A stretch of DNA of 64,000 bases from Verrucomicrobiota bacterium (GTDB taxonomy: Bacteria > Verrucomicrobiota > Lentisphaeria > Lentisphaerales > Lentisphaeraceae): contig JBDKFG010000024.1 of the NCBI GenBank assembly GCA_039798785.1, positions 1-64,000 on the forward strand, given 5' to 3'. Numbering within the stretch: the first letter of the stretch is position 1; every line of letters starts with the position of its first letter. A program made the position numbers and the translations under genes. Positions 9,679 to 20,051 of this stretch are shown here, in pieces. A model generated the notes under the pieces. It searched no databases, was not told the origin of the DNA, and worked only from the letters and a program-made list of their open reading frames with translations.

Positions 9679-10068
9679 TCAGCGGTCGATTTGGCGTTTC
9701 AGGGTGGCGCTGTCGAGGCCGCCGTCCTGGCGTCCGTCGGCGGCGTCGAGGCGGGCCATGACGCCGCGCAGCTCGTCGCGGTTCAAGGCGCCTTTGTCTT
9801 CCAGGCTGGTGACCAGGGCGGCGATGATCAGGTTGGCGCGGTGCAGCTCTTCTTCGAGTTGGTCAAGGCGGGCGGGCGCCTCGGCCTCATCGCTGACGGC
9901 GGCCTGGGTGGACGCGGCCTTTTCGGCGGCGAATTCGCGTTTGCGGCGGCGTTCCTGATTGCGCCGGATTACCTCGGCGAGGCGGCGATCCTGCTCTTTC
10001 TGCTCAGCAATTCGACGCAGTTGCATGGCGGCGGATTCGCTTGGAAAAAGGAAGTCGAAGAGAAACAT
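9679..10068 (-). CDS. Hypothetical coiled-coil protein
   Basis: ORF with RBS; ends LDAADGRQDG, a motif common in PVC hypothetical proteins. Confidence 0.65.
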   Translation of the reverse strand: MFLFDFLFPSESAAMQLRRIAEQKEQDRRLAEVIRRNQERRRKREFAAEKAASTQAAVSDEAEAPARLDQLEEELHRANLIIAALVTSLEDKGALNRDELRGVMARLDAADGRQDGGLDSATLKRQIDR

Positions 10069-10135
10069 GGACGGGCCTCCTGCATTGCGTTGTCCGCAAG
10101 AGTAGCGAGGAAAGCGAAGCGAGGAGATTCCGACA

Positions 10136-10462
10136 TCAGGGTGTTTTTGGAGAGCGCGACAAGGAGCCGGGGGGATCAGGGTCGACCGGGAGATCTTCTT
10201 CAACCGGGAGAACTCGATCCGGGCAATCCGAGCTACAAACAATCCAGATGTCGTAGGGCAGAAGCAGGGTGTCGGCGATCAGGCTGAAGGGGAGGTCGAG
10301 GATCATTCCCTCTCCCGTCGCTCGGCAATCGAAGATCGCGCCGGAGTAAGGCCCTGGCGATCCGACGCCGCAGATCATCGGTGTATGGGTGAGCATCGTC
10401 CCGCAGGAGCTTAAGAGTAAGCATATGGCTGGCAGAAGGGGTCTCACGGGCGGCGGCTCCAT
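10136..10462 (-). CDS. YceK/YidQ (DUF1375) family lipoprotein
   Basis: LLSSCGT lipobox, PYSG..D, DLPFSLIADTLLLPYD. Confidence 0.85.
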   Translation of the reverse strand: MEPPPVRPLLPAICLLLSSCGTMLTHTPMICGVGSPGPYSGAIFDCRATGEGMILDLPFSLIADTLLLPYDIWIVCSSDCPDRVLPVEEDLPVDPDPPGSLSRSPKTP

Positions 10463-10595
10463 GCAATTATTCCTGCGCCAAAATAAGCCTGAAGCGAGAC
10501 GAAAAGCAAGTTTTCCCGAACCGGCGTCTCCGTTCAGAAGGACCGCTTTTGACAGCCCAGCCCATCGGGCTGGGGCGTGTCCTCGGAGCTGGCGT

Positions 10596-13500
10596 TCACG
10601 ACAACAGGAATTCGATATCCTCTTCGGTGACATCGCCGAGGCGTTCGGGGGCGTCTTCGAGGAGATCGAGGAAGAGGCCGCGTTTGCGGCTTTGCAGTTC
10701 GAGGATGCGTTCTTCGATGGTGTCTTTGGCGACCAGTTTGATCGAGGTGACGGAGCGGGTCTGGCCGATGCGGTGGGCGCGGTCGGTGGCCTGGTCTTCG
10801 GCCATCGGGTTCCACCACAGGTCGTAATGGAGGACGGTGTCGGCGCCGGTGAGGTTGAGGCCGGTGCCGCCGGCCTTGAGCGAGAGGAGGAAGACCTTGT
10901 AGCTGGCGTCGTTGTTGTAGAGATCGACTAGGGCCTGGCGTTCGGACTGGGCGGTGCCGCCGTCGAGGCGGAGATAGGGGATGCCCTCCTCCTTGAGCCA
11001 GGCTTCGGCGATGTCGAGCATGGTGGTGAACTGCGAAAAGAGTAGGAGTCGGTGCGACGAGGGGACGGCCTCGCGGACGATCTCCTTGAGCAGGTCGAAC
11101 TTGGCGGAGCTGCCGTCGAAGGCGGGGTTGTTCTTCGCCTGGGGGAGGAGCTGCGGGTGGCAGCAGACCTGGCGGAGCCGCAGCAGCAGGGCGAGGATCT
11201 CGAAGCGTTTGGCCTTGAAGTCGGCGCGGCCTTTCTGGAAGTTCTGGCCGGCCTGGCGCATCAGGGCGGCGTAGAGAGCCTTCTGTGAATCGGTGAGCTC
11301 GAAGCGGATGATCTGCTCCTGCTTCGGCGGCAGCTGCGTCAGGATATTGCTCTTGATCCGTCGCATGACGAAAGGACGGATGCGGGCGGCGAGCTCGGAA
11401 CGGGCCTCCTCGGGCACCACTTTCTGGCCGTGGATGGCGGCAAAACCTTTGCGCGACCCGAGCAGGCCAGGGAGGAGGAAGTCGAAGAGCGACCAGATGT
11501 CCATCGCCGAATTCTCCAGCGGCGTGCCTGTGAGGGCGAGCTTGAAGCCGGCGTCGAGGGCCTTGCAGGAGAGGGCGTTCTGGGAGCGCGAATTCTTGAT
11601 GTTCTGGGCTTCGTCGATGACCAGGATGTCGAAGACGGTCTCTCCGTAGCCGTCGATGTCGCGGCGCAGCAGGGCGTAGGAGGTGATGACGAGATGATGG
11701 TCCTTGGCGGCATTGATCAGCTCGTTGCGATCGGCTCCCTTGACCATCAGGGTCTTCAAGCCAGGGCAGAAGCGGGCCGCTTCGACGGCCCAGTTGTCGA
11801 CCAGGGAGGTGGGGCAGACGACGAGGGCGCAGGGCTCCTTCTCCCCTTTGGCGCGGGCTTCATGGACGCAGGCTTGCAAGAAGGCGAGGGCCTGCACGGT
11901 CTTGCCGAGGCCCATCTCGTCTGCGAGGATGCAGCCGAGGCCGGCCTGGCGCATCAGCTGCAGCCAGGAGACGCCGTCGCGCTGATAATGACGGAGCTGG
12001 TCCATCAAGCTCGGTTCGACGTGGTGAGGCGCTTCGGGAGTCTGGTTGATCAGCTGGCGCAGCTGCAGCCACTGCCCCGAGTCGTCGCGCAGCTGACGCT
12101 CGAAGAGTCGCTGCATCAGCAGGGCCATGTGGCGCGGGAAGCGCATCTGGCCGTTGGCCTTCACGTGGATTTCGGGAAGGCGCTCGACGAGCTGGCGGAG
12201 AGAGTCGTCGATGCGGGCGAGACGCCCCCCCTTGGTCTGGACGAAGGCGCGCTTCTGCTGTACGGCGAGGAGGACGTCGTGCCAGGTGCAGACCTCGTCT
12301 TCATCGGTCTTGAAGCTCAGGTCGAGCTCGATCCAGGATCCATCTTCCTTGCGGGTCCGGGCAGCGGCCTTGAGGATGCGGGCTTCACGGGCGCAGACCC
12401 GGAAGCTGTCGGAGGAACGGACCTCCCACTCCTTGTCGAAGCGCGGAAGCTCGTCGGTGAGGAAGCTCGCCATCTTCTCGAGTCCGAGCAGGATCCACTC
12501 GCCTTCGGCGATCTCCGGCTGCTCGAAGCCGCAGAGGCGCAAGCGGGCTTCGGCGAGGTCTTCTGCGGCGCTGTCTCGCCCGGCGAGGGCGTGGCCGTTC
12601 CAGATCGAATTATGTCCTTTCGACACCAGGGCGCCGCCGTAGTTGAAGAGCAGGCGTCCGAGAATCCGGCCATCGCTCCAGTCGAGGAGGAGGGTGGGGC
12701 GGGGGTCGATGCGGATCACCGTCATCGAACGCTCCTCCTCGGTCATTTCCACCGGCAGGAGCCGTTCGGCGCAGGCTTGGTGCAGGGTGCCGAAGGCCTG
12801 GGTGCCGAGAAGCAGGCTTTCGCCCTTCAGGAAGGCCAGGATCCAAGCCTTGGCGGCGAGGCCGGGAAGCCACCAATATTCGCCCTTGCCGCCGAGCCAG
12901 TAGCCGTTGCGGCCCGCGATCACCGCCATGCCGGAGGTCTCGAGAAGGCCGCGGCCGGCGACCCGCAGCCGCGGCTGGACCTGGGTGTGGCCATCGTCAA
13001 TGGTCTTGGCCTCGAAGGCGAGCGAGGCGAACTCGGGGTTGACCCGGACCGGACGGTCCTGGACGAAGAAGCGGGGGAAGCCGACGAGGAGGTGGAGGAA
13101 GTCGGCGAGCATGTGGGCATCGAGCTGCCAGGAGTTGGCATCGCGGTTGGCGTTGGCCGAAAGGAAGACCATCAACGCCTGGTCCTGGGGGGGGAATTCC
13201 TGCAGAGCCATGCCGCCGGCGCCGGAGCCGAGGTCGAGAAGACGACGGATGTTGGAGCCCGAATAGCTGCGCCCCTTGTACATGATTTCGGCTTCGAGGA
13301 CGATATGGTTCCAGCGGCTTTCGCCGCAGGGCATGGCAGCGGCGCGGAGGCTCAGCGTGCCCTGGACGTGGCCGAGGTGGCTGACCAGGTCGATGAGCCG
13401 GCGGAGCTGCTGCGGCACCAGCTTAGGCGCCTCGGCCGGAGCCTCGATGGCGACATTGCTGGCGACCGGGAAGAACTTCGAATACTGCTCCGGGTAGGCG

Positions 13501-13769
13501 TCGCGCCAGGAAATGAAGGCGGCCAGAGCATGCTCGCAGATGGCGCCGCCGAGGCCGACGCCGCAGGTGCAGCGGGCGGTGAGCGAATCGCGACGGGGAC
13601 TGAGCTCAGGAGCGGCCATCTTGCCCTTGCCGCTGATCACCTTGGCGCGGATGCTCTTGCCGTCGGCATGCAGATCGAGCACCGAGCCGCTGGCGGCAAG
13701 CTTGCTCGCCATCTCGATGGTGCTCGGCGGCGACATGCGGCGGATCGATTCGGGCAGTTCAATAGGCAT
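10596..13769 (-). CDS. SNF2-family helicase with N-terminal SWIM finger
   Basis: CTC..CEH, LADEMGLGKT, DEAQNIKN, LTGTPLEN, WWNPMAEDQATDRAHRIGQ. Confidence 0.95.
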   Translation of the reverse strand: MPIELPESIRRMSPPSTIEMASKLAASGSVLDLHADGKSIRAKVISGKGKMAAPELSPRRDSLTARCTCGVGLGGAICEHALAAFISWRDAYPEQYSKFFPVASNVAIEAPAEAPKLVPQQLRRLIDLVSHLGHVQGTLSLRAAAMPCGESRWNHIVLEAEIMYKGRSYSGSNIRRLLDLGSGAGGMALQEFPPQDQALMVFLSANANRDANSWQLDAHMLADFLHLLVGFPRFFVQDRPVRVNPEFASLAFEAKTIDDGHTQVQPRLRVAGRGLLETSGMAVIAGRNGYWLGGKGEYWWLPGLAAKAWILAFLKGESLLLGTQAFGTLHQACAERLLPVEMTEEERSMTVIRIDPRPTLLLDWSDGRILGRLLFNYGGALVSKGHNSIWNGHALAGRDSAAEDLAEARLRLCGFEQPEIAEGEWILLGLEKMASFLTDELPRFDKEWEVRSSDSFRVCAREARILKAAARTRKEDGSWIELDLSFKTDEDEVCTWHDVLLAVQQKRAFVQTKGGRLARIDDSLRQLVERLPEIHVKANGQMRFPRHMALLMQRLFERQLRDDSGQWLQLRQLINQTPEAPHHVEPSLMDQLRHYQRDGVSWLQLMRQAGLGCILADEMGLGKTVQALAFLQACVHEARAKGEKEPCALVVCPTSLVDNWAVEAARFCPGLKTLMVKGADRNELINAAKDHHLVITSYALLRRDIDGYGETVFDILVIDEAQNIKNSRSQNALSCKALDAGFKLALTGTPLENSAMDIWSLFDFLLPGLLGSRKGFAAIHGQKVVPEEARSELAARIRPFVMRRIKSNILTQLPPKQEQIIRFELTDSQKALYAALMRQAGQNFQKGRADFKAKRFEILALLLRLRQVCCHPQLLPQAKNNPAFDGSSAKFDLLKEIVREAVPSSHRLLLFSQFTTMLDIAEAWLKEEGIPYLRLDGGTAQSERQALVDLYNNDASYKVFLLSLKAGGTGLNLTGADTVLHYDLWWNPMAEDQATDRAHRIGQTRSVTSIKLVAKDTIEERILELQSRKRGLFLDLLEDAPERLGDVTEEDIEFLLS

Positions 13770-13894
13770 CTGAGGGACTCCGGAGTCTGAAAAAAGCTCT
13801 TCAAAGCTTCAGTATATCGACCTTCGGGGTGGCAATGCAAGCGCTGAGGCGGAAAAAGTCGCCTTTTAGCTCGACAGAGGCCGGCACGGGCGCT

Positions 13895-14341
13895 TCAGGA
13901 CAAGCGGCGGCGGATCAGCACCGCATCCTGGCCGTCTTCGTAGTAGCCGGGCTTGCCTCCGTACTCATGGTAGCCGCAGCCGGCGAAGAGGGCGCGGGAG
14001 GCGCTGTTGTCGATCCGGATTTCGGCGCGGACCGAAGTGCAAGCGCGGCGGCGGGCGGCCTCTTCAGCAGCGGCGACGAGAAGGCGTCCGAGGCCTCGGC
14101 CTCGGGCGGCGGCGGCAACGGCGATCGAGTAGATCCGGCCTTCGCCGCTGCCGCGGCGGAAGAAGAGCACGGCGCAGCCGCCGAGGCCGCCTTCCGGCAA
14201 GGGCGCGACCAGGACGGCGATGGATTTTGCTCTCACCGCATGGCTCCATGAGCGGCGCGACATGCGGTCGCCGTTGAAACTGGCTTCTTCGAGCGCGACG
14301 AGATCATCGAGGTCGGCGAGGGTGGCGGGACGGATGTTCAT
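13895..14341 (-). CDS. GNAT acetyltransferase (RimI-like)
   Basis: IRPATLADL, IYSIAV..RGRGLG, YYEDGQDA. Confidence 0.85.
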   Translation of the reverse strand: MNIRPATLADLDDLVALEEASFNGDRMSRRSWSHAVRAKSIAVLVAPLPEGGLGGCAVLFFRRGSGEGRIYSIAVAAAARGRGLGRLLVAAAEEAARRRACTSVRAEIRIDNSASRALFAGCGYHEYGGKPGYYEDGQDAVLIRRRLS

Positions 14342-15210
14342 GAAGGCTTCCGGCTTTTCAGGTGATGGACGAGGATTTCCGGGGGGCAGCCGAGGCGGAA
14401 GGGCAGGGTGCTGCTGCCGCTGCCGGCATGGGTGAAACCCGCCATTTTGCCGATCTGGAAGGGGCCGTGGTTGCGTTGGCGGGGGGCGCGGCTGTTGAGG
14501 TAGGGGGCGAAGGCGGGGAAGCGGATCTGGCCGCCGTGGGTGTGGCCGCAGAGGTAGAGGTCGGCCCCCAGACCGGCGGCTTCCTCGGCGGCTTCCGGGC
14601 TGTGGGCGAGGAAGAGGGCGAAGCTGCCGGCGGGGCGTCCAGCAAGGGCGGCGGCGGGGACGGCGCTGCGGTAGTGATGGGGGTCGTCGACGCCGGCGAC
14701 CCACAAGCCGGGCGCCGCTTCGACGCCCTGGTTGACCAGGATTTTCAATCCCGCCTCTTCAAGCAGGGGCGCCTGCAGCGCGAGATCATGGTTCCCCAGG
14801 ACGCCCCAGGCGCCGAGACGCGGCGGCGGCAGGCGGCGCAGCAACCAGAGGGTCGGCTCCAGCTCTTGCGGAGAGAAGGCCCACTTGCGGAAGCGGAAGT
14901 CACCGGTCCAGACGAGAAGGTCGTGCGGCGTGGCGGTGATCAAATCCAGCAGTTTTTCCGCCAGGCCCGGAGTGCCGTCGAGATGGCTGTCGGAGAGATG
15001 CAGGATGCGCAGTCCGTCGAGTCTGGCGGGCGCCTCCCAATCGAGCTGGCGGAGCTGCACGTCGAGGGCATTGCGGAGACCTCGCCTAGCCAGTCCCGAG
15101 GCCATCAAGGCGCCTCGGACGAGGCGGTGGAAAATCGGCCAGCCGGAGCTGCGGCGGCAGAGGCGGGCTTCGGCCAGGCGCCGCTTTTCGGCCGCTTCCT
15201 CCGGGCTCAC
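14338..15210 (-). CDS. Metallophosphoesterase (YkuE-like)
   Basis: HLSDSH, TGD, GNHD, LAHSP, GHTHGGQI; GTG start overlaps the upstream stop. Confidence 0.88.
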   Translation of the reverse strand: MSPEEAAEKRRLAEARLCRRSSGWPIFHRLVRGALMASGLARRGLRNALDVQLRQLDWEAPARLDGLRILHLSDSHLDGTPGLAEKLLDLITATPHDLLVWTGDFRFRKWAFSPQELEPTLWLLRRLPPPRLGAWGVLGNHDLALQAPLLEEAGLKILVNQGVEAAPGLWVAGVDDPHHYRSAVPAAALAGRPAGSFALFLAHSPEAAEEAAGLGADLYLCGHTHGGQIRFPAFAPYLNSRAPRQRNHGPFQIGKMAGFTHAGSGSSTLPFRLGCPPEILVHHLKSRKPS

Positions 15211-15617
15211 TTGGTCATCATCTGCCAGCCCATCCAGCAGAGCAGGCCGATGAGAATGAGCAGGAGCGGCACCAGGAGCCACATGCGGGTCTTCGGTTCG
15301 CCGCTTTTCAGGTAGAATTGCGGTCCGGTGAAGCCGGGAATGCCCGGCGCCTTCATCTCCAAGACCTGCTGCGTCCGGGTGTCGTAGCCGCAGTGGACAC
15401 AGATCACCTCTTTCGCCTCCATGCCGGATTCGCAATTGGGGCAGGAAGGCTTGCCGGGTTCGACGGGTCGACGAGCGCCGCCCAGTCCGGGCTCGGTGCG
15501 AAGGCGATAAGCATGGGTATGGCCGAGACTGTCCTTCTCTTCACTGGCCGCCGGCAGCGAAGTGGTCGATTTCGGATTGCTCTTGCCGAGCTTGCGCATG
15601 CCTTGCTTCAATTCCAT
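15207..15617 (-). CDS. Zinc-ribbon membrane-anchored protein
   Basis: CPNC..CVHCGYD plus a C-terminal TM helix. Confidence 0.7.
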   Translation of the reverse strand: MELKQGMRKLGKSNPKSTTSLPAASEEKDSLGHTHAYRLRTEPGLGGARRPVEPGKPSCPNCESGMEAKEVICVHCGYDTRTQQVLEMKAPGIPGFTGPQFYLKSGEPKTRMWLLVPLLLILIGLLCWMGWQMMTK

Positions 15618-15746
15618 GGGACGCTCCTGCTCCTTGTGGCTCCAGCTCCATTGTAGCGCCGTTGACCACGCAAGGCAAGGGCTCGACTTGCCGCCCGCCG
15701 ATTTTGCTCTATCCTCGGGGCAGGAAAAAAAATCGGGACTCCCACC

Positions 15747-16799
15747 ATGTCAGCCCTTCTCGCCCTCTCCTTGGACTTCGATCAGAGAATCTTCTTCAAT
15801 TCCGCCTTGTTCCCCTGGCTTTGCGGCCTGTCGATCTTCCTCGTCTCCCTGCTCGCCGACCGCATCATCCTCGCCCGCCTCAAGATCTGGGCCGATAAGA
15901 CCGAATGGAAGTTCGACGACGTCTTGATCGCCAGCATCAAAGGCATTCTCCCCTTCTGGGGCCTGTGCTGGGGCATTCACTGCGCACTCCATCTCTCAGG
16001 CATGAACGGAGCTTATCTCCTTTTCGGCACCGTCATCCTCCTCGTCCTCAGCGTCACGGCGGCACTGTCGCGCTTCGCCATCGGCCTGGTCAACCTCTAC
16101 ACCGAAAGCTTCAGCCATGGAAGCAGCTCGATCATCCCCCTGATCGTCCGCATCGGCATCTGGACCATGGGCGTCCTGGTCGCCCTGCAATCGATCGGCA
16201 TCCAGATCGCCCCGATCCTCACCGCCCTCGGGGTCGGCGGTCTCGCCGTCGCTCTCGCCCTCCAGCCCACCCTCGCCAACCTCTTCTCCGGCGTCCAGAT
16301 CATCATCGCCAAGCAGATCCGCATCGGCGACTACCTTCGCCTCGAGGGCGGCCAGGAAGGATTCGTTGTCGACATCGCCTGGCGCAACACCACCCTGCGC
16401 CAGCCGAGCAACAACATCATCGTCATCCCCAACTCGAAACTCTGCGACTCGGTGGTCATCAACCACCACCTCCCCGAACCCTCGCTCAACCTCGTCGTCA
16501 ACCTGGCCATCCCCTACGACACCGACCTGGCCAAGACCGAGACCATCCTCCTCGACGAAGCCCGCTCCTTCGCCTCCAGCCACCCCGGCTGCGTCGTCAA
16601 TGAAGACCTGCCCTGCATCCGCTATGGGGAATTCGGCGACTCAGGAGTCAGCTGCTCCATCGTCCTGCGGGTCACCGCGATCGAAAACCAGGGGATCGTC
16701 AAACACCAGCTGATCAAAGCCCTCCACGCCCGCCTCGGCCGGGAAAAAATCGCCATCCCCTACCCCACTCGCACCGTCTATCACATCGACGCCGACTGA
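15747..16799 (+). CDS. mscS: Small-conductance mechanosensitive channel
   Basis: LGVGGLAVALALQPTLANLFSG, GDYLRL, IPNSKL. Confidence 0.92.
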   Translation: MSALLALSLDFDQRIFFNSALFPWLCGLSIFLVSLLADRIILARLKIWADKTEWKFDDVLIASIKGILPFWGLCWGIHCALHLSGMNGAYLLFGTVILLVLSVTAALSRFAIGLVNLYTESFSHGSSSIIPLIVRIGIWTMGVLVALQSIGIQIAPILTALGVGGLAVALALQPTLANLFSGVQIIIAKQIRIGDYLRLEGGQEGFVVDIAWRNTTLRQPSNNIIVIPNSKLCDSVVINHHLPEPSLNLVVNLAIPYDTDLAKTETILLDEARSFASSHPGCVVNEDLPCIRYGEFGDSGVSCSIVLRVTAIENQGIVKHQLIKALHARLGREKIAIPYPTRTVYHIDAD

Positions 16800-16886
16800 A
16801 TTCGCGTTTTTGCGTCATTTAGGATCTTTTGAACTTGTCATCTTGGATTAAAATAGGTACTTTGAGAAACACCTCAAGGAGCCTAG

Positions 16887-17963
16887 ATGATGAAAAAGTA
16901 CCAAGATCTCGCGACCAAACTCTGCACTTGGCTGAGCACTCTCAATCCCGGCGACATGCTGCCGCCGGAGGCGGACTTGATGGTCAAATTCAGCGCCAGC
17001 CGCAACACCTTGCGCAGCGCCATGGCTTTGCTGCGCAAGGACGGCTTGATCGCCAGCCGCAGCGGCTTCGGCACCCAGCTCCTGCGCCGCCACCGCATCC
17101 CCGCCTCGGTGTCGCTGGTGCAAGTGATTCTCCCCGACCAGGGCGACGCCTTCTGGTACGGCATCCTGGAAGGGATCAACTCCGCCTTGTTGTCGACGAA
17201 TTACCGCGTCGTCTTCAACAACAGCTACGACGACCCGGTGACCAACCGCGAACTGGTCGAACAGGCGGCTGTGACCGGCATGCACGGCGTCATCATGATG
17301 GGGCACCACCACAGCTACGAAGGCTGGGATCCTGAGTCGATCCAGGATCTGCCGCCGATCGTCTATGTCGACAACCCGCCGCCGAGCCATCGTGGGGCCT
17401 ACGTCGCCACCGACGACGAGGCCGGCGGCTACGCCATCACCCGGCACATCATCGCCGCCGGACACAAGAAGATCCTTCATCTTGCCGGTCACAACTGCCC
17501 TTCGCACCAGGCCCGTCTGCAAGGCTACATCCGGGCGATGCGCGATGCCGGCCTGGAGTTCGACATCGCCGGTGGCCACGCCAGCCAGAAGGATGGCGAG
17601 AAGGCTGCCGCTTGGCTGCTCAAGGACCGGTCCCAGGATCTCCCGACAGCTGTCCTCGGCTGCAATGACCACGTCGCCATCGGCCTCGCTCTCGGCCTGA
17701 AGTCCGCCGGCATTTCGATTCCGGATCAGATCAGCGTCGCCGGCTATGCCGACATTGAAGGCGCGATGCTCAAGGCGGGGGTGATGCTCACCACCGTCCG
17801 GCAGGACGCCCAGGCGATCGGCCGCTCCGCCGCCGAGCTGCTGCTGAAGAAACTCAACGGCCAGCGCGCCGACCGCCCGGTCTTCCTGCCGGTCAGCCTG
17901 ATTGAGCGCGGCTCGATCCGCAATCTCAAAGAAGAAGCCAAAGCCTCGAGGAAGAAAGCATGA
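16887..17963 (+). CDS. GntR-HTH / LacI-type sugar-binding regulator
   Basis: LPPEADL..ASRNTLRSA wHTH plus PBP1-fold motifs (CNDHVAIG, IPDQISVAGY, LTTVRQD). Confidence 0.88.
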   Translation: MMKKYQDLATKLCTWLSTLNPGDMLPPEADLMVKFSASRNTLRSAMALLRKDGLIASRSGFGTQLLRRHRIPASVSLVQVILPDQGDAFWYGILEGINSALLSTNYRVVFNNSYDDPVTNRELVEQAAVTGMHGVIMMGHHHSYEGWDPESIQDLPPIVYVDNPPPSHRGAYVATDDEAGGYAITRHIIAAGHKKILHLAGHNCPSHQARLQGYIRAMRDAGLEFDIAGGHASQKDGEKAAAWLLKDRSQDLPTAVLGCNDHVAIGLALGLKSAGISIPDQISVAGYADIEGAMLKAGVMLTTVRQDAQAIGRSAAELLLKKLNGQRADRPVFLPVSLIERGSIRNLKEEAKASRKKA

Positions 17964-19597
17964 AATCCGTCCTCCAAATCCATCCCGCCGACAACGTCCT
18001 CGTCGCCCTGCGCGACCTCAAGGCCGGCGAAAGCATCCCCACCCCCGACGGCGAGCTCGTCCTCCCCGAGCCCTGCGCTGCCAAGCACAAGGTGCTCTTC
18101 CGCGACCTCCCCGAGGGCGGCATCATCACCCAGTACGGCGTCACCGTCGGCAAGGCCAATTTCCCGCTCAGGAAGGGCGTCCGCATCTCCACCGAGAATG
18201 CTCACCACGCCGCCGACCCGGTCGAGGTCAGCGGCGCCGGCAAATTCCAGTGGACCGCCCCCGACGTCAGCGGCTTCAAGACCAAGACCTTCCAGGGCTT
18301 CGCCCGCCCCGACGGCCGCGTCGGCACCCGCAACAACTGGCTCGTCATCCCTCTGGTCTTCTGCGAGAACAACAACCTGCTCACCATGCGCGAAGTGTTC
18401 ATGCGCGAGCTGGGCTACAACCGCACCGCTCCCTACGAGCTCTACCTGCGCCGCATGATCGAGGCCTTCAAGAAGGGCGAGTCGGTCGAGAAGGTCGCCT
18501 TCGAGCCGCCCGCCGGCGAAGCCCCCGAGAAACTCTTCCCCAACGTCGACGGCGTCCGCTTCCTCGTCCACTCGATGGGCTGCGGCGGCATCGAGCAGGA
18601 CTCGATCAACCTGTCGCGCCTGATCGCCTCCTACATCGTCCACCCCAACACCGCCGGCGCCACGATCATCTCGCTCGGCTGCCAGAAGGCGCAGATCTCG
18701 GTGGTGCAGGACGCCCTCAAGGCGATCAACCCCAATCACGGCCGCCCGCTCTACTTCCTCGAACAGCAGAAGACCGGCACCGAGGAGGCTCTGCTCAAGG
18801 AAGCCATCCAGGTCACCTTCCGCGGCCTCGTCGAAGCCAACAAGCACCGTCGCACTCCCGCGCCCCTGTCGAAGCTGGTCATCGGCGTCGAATGCGGCGG
18901 CTCGGACGGCTTCTCCGGCATCTCCGCCAACCCCACCGTCGGACGCGTCAGCGATCTGCTCGTCGCCCTCGGCGGCAGCTCGATCCTGTCGGAATTCCCC
19001 GAGCTCGTCGGCGTCGAATCGGAGCTGGTGAAGCGCTCCGCCTCACCGGAAGTCGCCGAGAAATTCGTCGGCCTGATGCGCGCCTATGAACAGGCCGCCC
19101 GCTCCTGCGGCGCCAGCATGGACTGCAACCCCTCGCCCGGCAACATCCGCGACGGCCTGATCACCGACGCGATCAAATCCGCCGGCGCCGCGAAAAAAGG
19201 CGGCACCTCGCCGGTGGTCGACGTCCACGACTACCCAGGCTGGATCGACAAGCCCGGTCTCAACCTGCTCAACACCCCCGGCAACGACGTCGAATCGACC
19301 ACCGCCCTCGCCGGCGCCGGCGCCAACCTCATCCTTTTCACCACCGGCCTCGGAACCCCCACCGGCAACCCCATCACCCCGGTCGTCAAGATCTCCTCCA
19401 ACTCGCGTGTCGCCAGCTACATGCACGACGTCATCGACTTCGACACCGGCGCCATCATCGAAGGACGCGAAACGCCCGACACCCTTGGCGAGAAGCTCCT
19501 CGACCAGCTCATCCGCACCGCCTCCGGCGAACTCACCAAGGCCGAACTCCTCGGCCAGGATGACTTCATCCCCTGGAAGCGCGGCGTCTCGCTCTGA
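17960..19597 (+). CDS. uxaA: UxaA/GarD-family sugar-acid dehydratase
   Basis: SAF domain (IHPADNVLVAL), GRVGTRN, ECGGSDGFSG, FTTGLGTP. Confidence 0.9.
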   Translation: MKSVLQIHPADNVLVALRDLKAGESIPTPDGELVLPEPCAAKHKVLFRDLPEGGIITQYGVTVGKANFPLRKGVRISTENAHHAADPVEVSGAGKFQWTAPDVSGFKTKTFQGFARPDGRVGTRNNWLVIPLVFCENNNLLTMREVFMRELGYNRTAPYELYLRRMIEAFKKGESVEKVAFEPPAGEAPEKLFPNVDGVRFLVHSMGCGGIEQDSINLSRLIASYIVHPNTAGATIISLGCQKAQISVVQDALKAINPNHGRPLYFLEQQKTGTEEALLKEAIQVTFRGLVEANKHRRTPAPLSKLVIGVECGGSDGFSGISANPTVGRVSDLLVALGGSSILSEFPELVGVESELVKRSASPEVAEKFVGLMRAYEQAARSCGASMDCNPSPGNIRDGLITDAIKSAGAAKKGGTSPVVDVHDYPGWIDKPGLNLLNTPGNDVESTTALAGAGANLILFTTGLGTPTGNPITPVVKISSNSRVASYMHDVIDFDTGAIIEGRETPDTLGEKLLDQLIRTASGELTKAELLGQDDFIPWKRGVSL

Positions 19598-19697
19598 ACC
19601 CCTCAGTTTTCGCAAGACGAATACGAAATCCCGCAAGCTCAAGACGGGCGCGATTTTGCCGCTGCCGTGTCTTGTCTTCCGTCAAGGAAACTCTGCC

Positions 19698-20051
19698 ATG
19701 AAACGCTACGCCAAGACCTGTCATCTCAAGGACGATCCTGAGGCCATCCGCTTCTACATCGCCGAACACGCCCGCGTCTGGCCGGAAGTGCTGAAGGCGA
19801 TCGACGCCGTCGGCTGCCATGAGATGCGCATCTACCTCCTCGGCAACCGCCTCTTCATGACCTGCGAATGCGACGACTCCTTCGTCCCCGAACGCGACTG
19901 GGCCCGCTACCTCGCCCACCACCCGCGCATCGCCGAATGGGAGGCCTTCATGGGCCAGGTCCAAGTCCCTCCTCCCGAATCCCCCGACGGCTCCAAGTGG
20001 ATCGAAATGGCCGAGATCTTCTGCCTCAGTGAACAGCTGAAGCGGGTTTAA
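19698..20051 (+). CDS. L-rhamnose/L-fucose mutarotase family
   Basis: LKDDPEAI..Y..HARVWPEV..MRIYLLGNRLFM..WE..M. Confidence 0.88.
   Translation: MKRYAKTCHLKDDPEAIRFYIAEHARVWPEVLKAIDAVGCHEMRIYLLGNRLFMTCECDDSFVPERDWARYLAHHPRIAEWEAFMGQVQVPPPESPDGSKWIEMAEIFCLSEQLKRV

Noticed and set aside
11430..13790. Long antisense or alternate-frame ORFs (e.g. 11430-13790, 5756-7357, 6895-8937, 24342-25856, 58291-60126)
   Set aside because: They are shadow ORFs of high-GC genes, overlap well-supported CDSs and have no recognisable motifs.
13895..14704. 269-aa version of the GNAT ORF
   Set aside because: The N-terminal part overlaps the phosphoesterase gene; the GNAT begins at 14341 with an ATGA overlap.
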